Positions 32,586-37,844 of a stretch of DNA of 37,844 bases are shown piece by piece. Position numbers and translations under genes: made by a program. The stretch is from an uncultured Oceanibium sp. (lineage in GTDB: Bacteria; Pseudomonadota; Alphaproteobacteria; Rhodobacterales; Rhodobacteraceae). The DNA is taken from assembly GCA_964459085.1 (NCBI GenBank), contig CAYWND010000001.1:1-37844 (forward strand), written 5' to 3'. The notes beneath the pieces are model-generated. The model was not told the DNA's origin and did not search any database. It worked only from the letters and a program-made list of their open reading frames with translations. Within the stretch, counting starts at the first letter, position 1. Every line of letters starts with the position of its first letter.

Positions 32586-35077
32586 TGGCCACGATGTTCG
32601 ACTGCGTCCAGTCCGCCTTTGACCAGGGTGCAATCGGGCAATCCCAGGCGCAGCGCTACCAGCAGGATTTTCAGGATCTGTCTGATCGCTATGCACGCAC
32701 CATGCCGCGCGCGGCAGCTGATGCGGCCGCGGCCGAAGACCTGAAACAGGCCGCGCGCAAATCGCTGACGACACGGCGGCACGTGGTGTTGAACCAGCTT
32801 GCGACCATGCGGGCAAATGCGGACAGGATCGCGGCCAGTGAGGATCCATCGAAATCCCTGATGCACGCGCTTAACCCGGTCGAAGGGTTCCGGGACGGCG
32901 GCGAAAGCGTAGAGAGCCTGCGGCGCGGGCTGGCGCGTGAATTTCACGGCATGATCGGGGATTTCCTGGCCGCAACCAGCCGCGACCTGGTCGGCCGCGT
33001 CCGCGACAAGGCCCTGGTCAAAGACATCGTGCGCGAGCTGCATGGGCAGGCTTCGAACAGCCCGCGCGCGAAGGCCATGGCGGATGGGATCCGAAACGCC
33101 CAGGAGCGCGCCCGCACCCTGTTTAACGCCCATGGCGGCGACATCGGCAAGCTCAACGATTATGGGGTCCAGCACAGCCACGACCTGGTGAAGATCCGAA
33201 ACGCCGGCTTTCAATCCTGGGCAGACGAAATCACAGAGCGGCTGGATTGGGATCGGATCGAGGATAAAGCAACCAGCCGGCCCTTTGCCGTCAACGGTCA
33301 GCTGGTGGATCCAGCTGCAGCGCGGTCTTTCCTGCGCGATGTCTATGACGGGATCACGACCCGTGATTGGGACACCCGCGCGCCCAAGATGTCAGGCGGT
33401 GGCCAGGCGCTCTACAATCGCCGCGGCGAGGCGCGGATCCTGCACTTCAAAAATGCAGATGAATGGCTGACCTATAACGACGCCTTCGGGCACGCAAACC
33501 CCTTCGATGCAATCGTCTCGACCTTTGAGGGCTATGCCCGAGATATCGCACTGATGCGGGTGCTTGGTCCAAATCCCAAGTTGGGCCTCGAGCATCTGAT
33601 CCAAAGCGCGCAGAAGCGGGTGCAGAACGACCCATCGCTGGATGCGGCCGCCCGCGGAAAGGCCGAGGACGCGATCGCTGCCCGGGCGAACCGCGCGAAG
33701 GCCATGCTGGCCCACATCACCGGCAGCGCGAACGTCCCCGCCAGCCGCGCCTGGGCATCGTTCTATGCCGGCACGCGCCAGGTGCTGACATCCGCCCAGC
33801 TGGGCGGCGCAATCCTCAGCTCAGTCACAGATCTGCATACCGTGCGGCTCGCCTCGAAATCGGTGGGAATGAGCCCCAACAACGTGATGGCTCGGCAGGC
33901 GCAGCTGCTGGCATCGGCCGCCACACGGCAGACGGCCGCTCAAATGGGATATGTGGCCGACACGTTGGCTGATGCCGGATCCGCGGCCGCGCGGTTTTTG
34001 GGTGATGTCTGGTCGCCTCAGATCACGCAGACCCTGTCGAGTTTCGTGATGCGCGCCAGCGGCCTTGCGCATTGGACCGACATGACCCGCACGGCCTTCC
34101 TGATGGAGTTCTCCGGCTACCTGGCCGAGAACGCCGGCCGGCGGCTTCGGGATGTCGATCCGCTCCTGCGCGATCTCCTGGTCAGTCGCGGGTTCTCGGC
34201 CGAAGACTGGGACAAGCTGCGAACACCAGGTGCGATGTTCACTGCCCCGAATGGTGCGAAGTTCATCTCACCGATGCATTGGCGCGAGGTCAGCGGTCTG
34301 CCGAGGGCAGAGGCCGAGGGCCTGGCGCTGCGGCTGTCGGCAATGATGGAGGAACAGCTCGAGTTCGCAGTCCCAAGCGTCAACATCGAGGCGCGCACGG
34401 CGCTGATCGGCGATGCCGCGCCGGGCACCTTCGCCGGCGAGCTGCTGCGATCGACGGCGATGTACAAGAATTTCGCGCTGTCGCTGACCCTCAACCAGTA
34501 TCGACGGATCATGGCCCAGCCGACCGGCATGTCGCGGGCGCGTTATGCGGCAAGCCTGGTTGCCGGCATGACGATCCTGGGCGGCGTCGCGGTGCAGCTG
34601 AAAGAGCTGGCCAAGGGGCGTGATCCGCGGCCGATGGATACTCCGGTGTTTTGGGCCGCTGCGATGTTTCAGGGGGGCGGCCTGGGGATCTTTGGCGACT
34701 TCTTCCATTCCGAGACCAGTCGCGCCGGCGGTGGTATCGCAGAGACGCTGGCTGGCCCCGTGGCGGGCTTTGGCGGCGATGCGCTGCGGATGGTGTCGTC
34801 GAACACTCAACGCGTCCTGGAGGGCCGTGAGCCGCTGCTGGGGCGCGATGTGGTCAACATGGCGCGGCGATACACGCCCGGAACCAGCCTTTGGCAGATC
34901 CGCACCGCACTGGATCGCCTGGTCTGGGATCAGCTGCAGGTGTTCCTCGATCCCGAAGCTGAGCGGCAGTTTCGCCGGCAGATGTCCCGACAACGCAATC
35001 GCGCCGGCAATGACTACTGGTGGGATGAAGGCGAAACCGCGCCCGATCGAGGGCCGTCATTGAGCGAGGTGTTCTAA
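32582..35077 (+). CDS. Large internal virion/ejection protein (gp16-like)
   Basis: 831 aa; GGDIGKL.DY..QHSHD, R.LHFK.ADEW..Y, KGRDPRPM, GGGLGIFGDF. Confidence 0.75.
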   Translation: MMATMFDCVQSAFDQGAIGQSQAQRYQQDFQDLSDRYARTMPRAAADAAAAEDLKQAARKSLTTRRHVVLNQLATMRANADRIAASEDPSKSLMHALNPVEGFRDGGESVESLRRGLAREFHGMIGDFLAATSRDLVGRVRDKALVKDIVRELHGQASNSPRAKAMADGIRNAQERARTLFNAHGGDIGKLNDYGVQHSHDLVKIRNAGFQSWADEITERLDWDRIEDKATSRPFAVNGQLVDPAAARSFLRDVYDGITTRDWDTRAPKMSGGGQALYNRRGEARILHFKNADEWLTYNDAFGHANPFDAIVSTFEGYARDIALMRVLGPNPKLGLEHLIQSAQKRVQNDPSLDAAARGKAEDAIAARANRAKAMLAHITGSANVPASRAWASFYAGTRQVLTSAQLGGAILSSVTDLHTVRLASKSVGMSPNNVMARQAQLLASAATRQTAAQMGYVADTLADAGSAAARFLGDVWSPQITQTLSSFVMRASGLAHWTDMTRTAFLMEFSGYLAENAGRRLRDVDPLLRDLLVSRGFSAEDWDKLRTPGAMFTAPNGAKFISPMHWREVSGLPRAEAEGLALRLSAMMEEQLEFAVPSVNIEARTALIGDAAPGTFAGELLRSTAMYKNFALSLTLNQYRRIMAQPTGMSRARYAASLVAGMTILGGVAVQLKELAKGRDPRPMDTPVFWAAAMFQGGGLGIFGDFFHSETSRAGGGIAETLAGPVAGFGGDALRMVSSNTQRVLEGREPLLGRDVVNMARRYTPGTSLWQIRTALDRLVWDQLQVFLDPEAERQFRRQMSRQRNRAGNDYWWDEGETAPDRGPSLSEVF

Positions 35078-36570
35078 TGGTCACGAGCGTCGAAATCGCC
35101 CAGCCGTCCTATACGATCTCGGGTACCGGCCCCTACGCCATCGTGAACCCATATGGCGAGAACGAAATCACGGTGGTGGTGACCGATGCGGGCGAAATCA
35201 CGCCGCTGGTCAGCCCGACGGATTTTACGGTCGCGCCGACGAGCTCGGAAACTGCTGGTGATGTGACGTTGTCGGCTGCAGCAGCGACAGCCCATGATGG
35301 CAAAACGCTGGTCATCGATCGGGTCACCGTTGCCCAGATGCTCTGGGCGGGGAAAAACCCCCGCGAGATCGGCCTGGAAGCCGCGCTCGATCGTATGACA
35401 CGCGTCACCCAGGACATCCTGCGCAGCCAGGTTGCAGCGCTTAAAGTCAGCACCGGCATTGGCGGTATCATCGGCGCGATCGCCGAGGGCTACACGATCG
35501 TCCGCGATGCGTCAGGTAACTGGGTCCAGGGTCCGAACGCCTCGGACATCTCAGATGCTCAGGCCAATGCCGCGGCGGCGACTGCCGCGGCGGCCGCAGC
35601 CGCCACGTCTCAGACCAACGCTGCCGCATCTGCCTCGGCCGCAGCGACTGCCGCGACGCAGTCCACCAGGCGGCTGAATAACGAGGCTGGGGCCGTCCTG
35701 ACCGACGGGACCGGCGCCGCCTACACGATCGCCGCCGAAAACACGATCGCCGCCTATGAAGATCTCCAGGGTTTCACGATCCGCATCCATACCAACAACA
35801 CGGGCGCAGCCACGCTGAACGTTGATGGCCTGGGTGCAATGGCCATCCAGCGATATGACCTGTCCGGCGCATTGGTCGCGCTCGCTGCTGGTGATCTTCG
35901 TCAGGGCCAGATCCATCGCGTTGTCTATGACGGCACACGGTTCATTCTGGTTTCGCCGTTGGTGAACGCGTTCGCCGTCACGGATGCGGCGGCCGGCCTT
36001 TCGGGAAACAACTTTGACGACAGGTTCCCCACCAATGCTGCAGTTATCGCCCATGCGAGTATCGCCGAGCGGGTGCTGGTTCGGATCAGCACGCAAGTTG
36101 CAGATGGCTCTGGCAACACGGTCGGGTTTCTCGACTTCAACGATCCAACTCGGTTCATCGGGTACGTTCTCAGTTTTTGGAATGTTGATCTCGCTGCTGA
36201 CGCCCTGATGGGTATCCGGTTTGCTGAGGCTGGGACGTACAAGGTTGGTCTGACCGACTATGGATGGGGCGTCGGGTGGAACGGCGGCACCGCCAATGCC
36301 AACGACAACACATCCGAGTACATGCGGGCCAGCTTCTACCAGATCGCGTCCGATCAGCCCTGCCAGGGGCAGGTCTTCTTTGACAATGTGGACAGCGCGA
36401 CAAAGCGAACTTCGATGCGAGCGCAGCTGCTCACTAACACCTCGCATCCCACAAATGACAATGCCGCCGGTCGTGCGGCAACAGCCTACGTCACCAATGG
36501 CATTCGTGCCTTCACCATCGGGGGCGCGCTCTTTTCCGGCGTCTTCACACTGGACGGAGTAGTTGGATGA
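35077..36570 (+). CDS. Tail fibre protein
   Basis: T7-like N-terminal attachment region (EAALDRMT), Ala-rich linker, NTGAATLNVDGLGA...GDL...VYDGTRF fibre domain. Confidence 0.8.
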   Translation: MVTSVEIAQPSYTISGTGPYAIVNPYGENEITVVVTDAGEITPLVSPTDFTVAPTSSETAGDVTLSAAAATAHDGKTLVIDRVTVAQMLWAGKNPREIGLEAALDRMTRVTQDILRSQVAALKVSTGIGGIIGAIAEGYTIVRDASGNWVQGPNASDISDAQANAAAATAAAAAAATSQTNAAASASAAATAATQSTRRLNNEAGAVLTDGTGAAYTIAAENTIAAYEDLQGFTIRIHTNNTGAATLNVDGLGAMAIQRYDLSGALVALAAGDLRQGQIHRVVYDGTRFILVSPLVNAFAVTDAAAGLSGNNFDDRFPTNAAVIAHASIAERVLVRISTQVADGSGNTVGFLDFNDPTRFIGYVLSFWNVDLAADALMGIRFAEAGTYKVGLTDYGWGVGWNGGTANANDNTSEYMRASFYQIASDQPCQGQVFFDNVDSATKRTSMRAQLLTNTSHPTNDNAAGRAATAYVTNGIRAFTIGGALFSGVFTLDGVVG

Positions 36571-36827
36571 GCAGCACCAAATCAGAATATTTCCGCGATC
36601 TGACCCCCGGCGCTGCCCCAACCATGGATGACGATGCCGAGGCCATGGTCAAGGTCATGTTCGATGACGATCCCGGCACGAAGGCCTTGCTGCGCCTCAT
36701 GTTCGAGCTGGGCGAGGCAATTAGGGCCGTGGATCCCTCTTTCTGGCCCGACGGCGCGACACCCGCAGGTTTCAGAACCATGCTTCGCCAGGAAGTGCGT
36801 CGCCAGCTATCGGCGAAATCCAGATGA
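36567..36827 (+). CDS. Hypothetical protein (possible fibre chaperone)
   Basis: GGAG RBS, ATGA coupling with the fibre gene. Confidence 0.55.
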   Translation: MSSTKSEYFRDLTPGAAPTMDDDAEAMVKVMFDDDPGTKALLRLMFELGEAIRAVDPSFWPDGATPAGFRTMLRQEVRRQLSAKSR

Positions 36828-36866
36828 TCCAACCCTTTCGCACACACACACACTAGGAGGCAAATC

Positions 36867-37214
36867 ATGGCAGAGATAAGTCCGGCGCTCGAGCCGCAGC
36901 AAAAGCCCAAGGTCGGCAAGAACATTGTGACCTGGGCGATGCAGGACGGGGACACATCCGTCGCCTGGGAGGCCGGCATCATGGCGATGAAGGCCGCTCT
37001 GCAGGTTACGGGCGCGATTGGCGGGGCGTCCATAGCGCTGGAAGGGTCGCTCGACGGGTCCAACTTTTTCCCGATCAAAGATCTTGCCGGCACGGAAATC
37101 GCGCTGACCCAGGCGGGCTTGGTTGACTTTGCGACCGCTGCTGTCTGGATCCGGCCGGTCGTCAATGGGGGCGCGTCAACGAGCGTCACAATCAGCCTGG
37201 TGGTCTGGCAGTGA
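36867..37214 (+). CDS. Small beta-rich virion protein
   Basis: AGGAGG RBS; LQVTG..GGASIALEGSLDGSNF...WIRP pattern of tail-associated proteins. Confidence 0.65.
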   Translation: MAEISPALEPQQKPKVGKNIVTWAMQDGDTSVAWEAGIMAMKAALQVTGAIGGASIALEGSLDGSNFFPIKDLAGTEIALTQAGLVDFATAAVWIRPVVNGGASTSVTISLVVWQ

Positions 37215-37844
37215 AACACGATCCGGCGTTGCTTCGGCGCATTCGTCGCCGCATGTCGCTGCTTTCGGCGCCGGCCCTACCTGTGTTGTTCACCCAGGCC
37301 GAGGACAGCGGGCCGAAAGACTATGACCTGACCCTGGCGCTCGAGGGCCGCACGATCACGTCTGTGACGGCCGTCGGGAACGGCACGCTGACGATCATCA
37401 ATGCCGGCACTGGCCTGCGGTTCACCCCGGACCCGAACGTCAACGGGTCCGAAGGCTTCACCTACACGCTCAGCGATGCAACGCCGGTCGTCTCGACCTG
37501 GACGATCACCGGCATCACCGATCCAATCTCCGTGACCACGCCGCCTGCACTGGCCGCGCCAAAGATCAATTCGGCGGTGTCCAGCTTCTTCACGCCCGGC
37601 GTCTACAGCTCGACCCTCACGCCGATCAATACGACTGTCGAGTACCGGGTGAACGGCCTGATCGTGGCATCGTCGTATGTGCTTCAGGCTGGCGACGATC
37701 TGACCACCCTGCAAGTCACCGAAACCCCCAGCAACGCCGACGGGCCTGGCACTCCGCAGGTCGTCAGTGACACGATCACCTATACCGCCCCGACAGCCAA
37801 CGAAGAACTGGTGGCGCAGACCTTCTACACCGGCACAGGCGTCC
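37211..37844 (+). CDS. Ig-like/cadherin-like domain virion protein (truncated at window end; not in the ORF track)
   Basis: GTG at 37211 overlaps the previous stop; frame open to the end; GNGTLT...LRFTPDPNVNGSEGFTYTLSD signature. Confidence 0.7.
   Translation, partial: MKHDPALLRRIRRRMSLLSAPALPVLFTQAEDSGPKDYDLTLALEGRTITSVTAVGNGTLTIINAGTGLRFTPDPNVNGSEGFTYTLSDATPVVSTWTITGITDPISVTTPPALAAPKINSAVSSFFTPGVYSSTLTPINTTVEYRVNGLIVASSYVLQAGDDLTTLQVTETPSNADGPGTPQVVSDTITYTAPTANEELVAQTFYTGTGV

Larger units (their letters stand above)
1..37844. mobile_element. Temperate podovirus-like phage genome (near complete, excised/attP configuration)
   Basis: Contiguous lysis, integration, immunity, replication, packaging, head, short-tail and ejection modules with no host housekeeping genes; att core flanked by phage genes on both sides. 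Confidence 0.93.

Noticed and set aside
35077-37844. Diversity-generating retroelement as in BPP-1
   Set aside because: No reverse transcriptase and no TR/VR pair noticed in the window; sequence beyond 37844 cannot be assessed
1-37844. Visible abundance of GATC/CGATCG words as a repeat system
   Set aside because: Plausibly due to ATC/GAT codon usage in a high-GC genome; not quantified, so no claim is made

Overview
The window is a near-complete genome of a temperate, short-tailed (T7/BPP-1-like virion module) phage, probably of a high-GC alphaproteobacterium (inferred). It appears to be in the excised/circular configuration, because an intact attP-like site (3' half of tRNA-Arg(UCU), 1700-1747) lies between the lysis cassette and the end of the early-left operon. 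Gene order: lysis cassette; attP; leftward accessory genes, tyrosine integrase, excisionase-like gene and PAPS-reductase-family gene; cI/cro switch; rightward early genes including a GcrA-like protein, Toprim primase, HAD hydrolase and helicase; iteron-rich origin; TerS, TerL, GNAT-like protein, portal, scaffold, capsid, tail tube proteins, four ejection/internal proteins and tail fibre; and an Ig-like protein truncated at the window end. The most notable unexplained signals are mostly non-coding: a capsid mRNA leader with a duplicated UAG-bulge motif coupled to an anti-SD stem, a five-hairpin array after cro, a bulge-loop pseudoknot before the PAPS-reductase-like gene, and an IHF + GTCCGAC module shared between attP and the terS 3' end. 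Protein-level oddities are a CI with an apparently dead peptidase dyad, a muramidase + DdrB-like ParB ejection protein, a hidden antisense 48-aa membrane ORF and a holin-like/lipoprotein fusion. All protein calls come from motifs, gene order and family knowledge read by eye; no database search was run.
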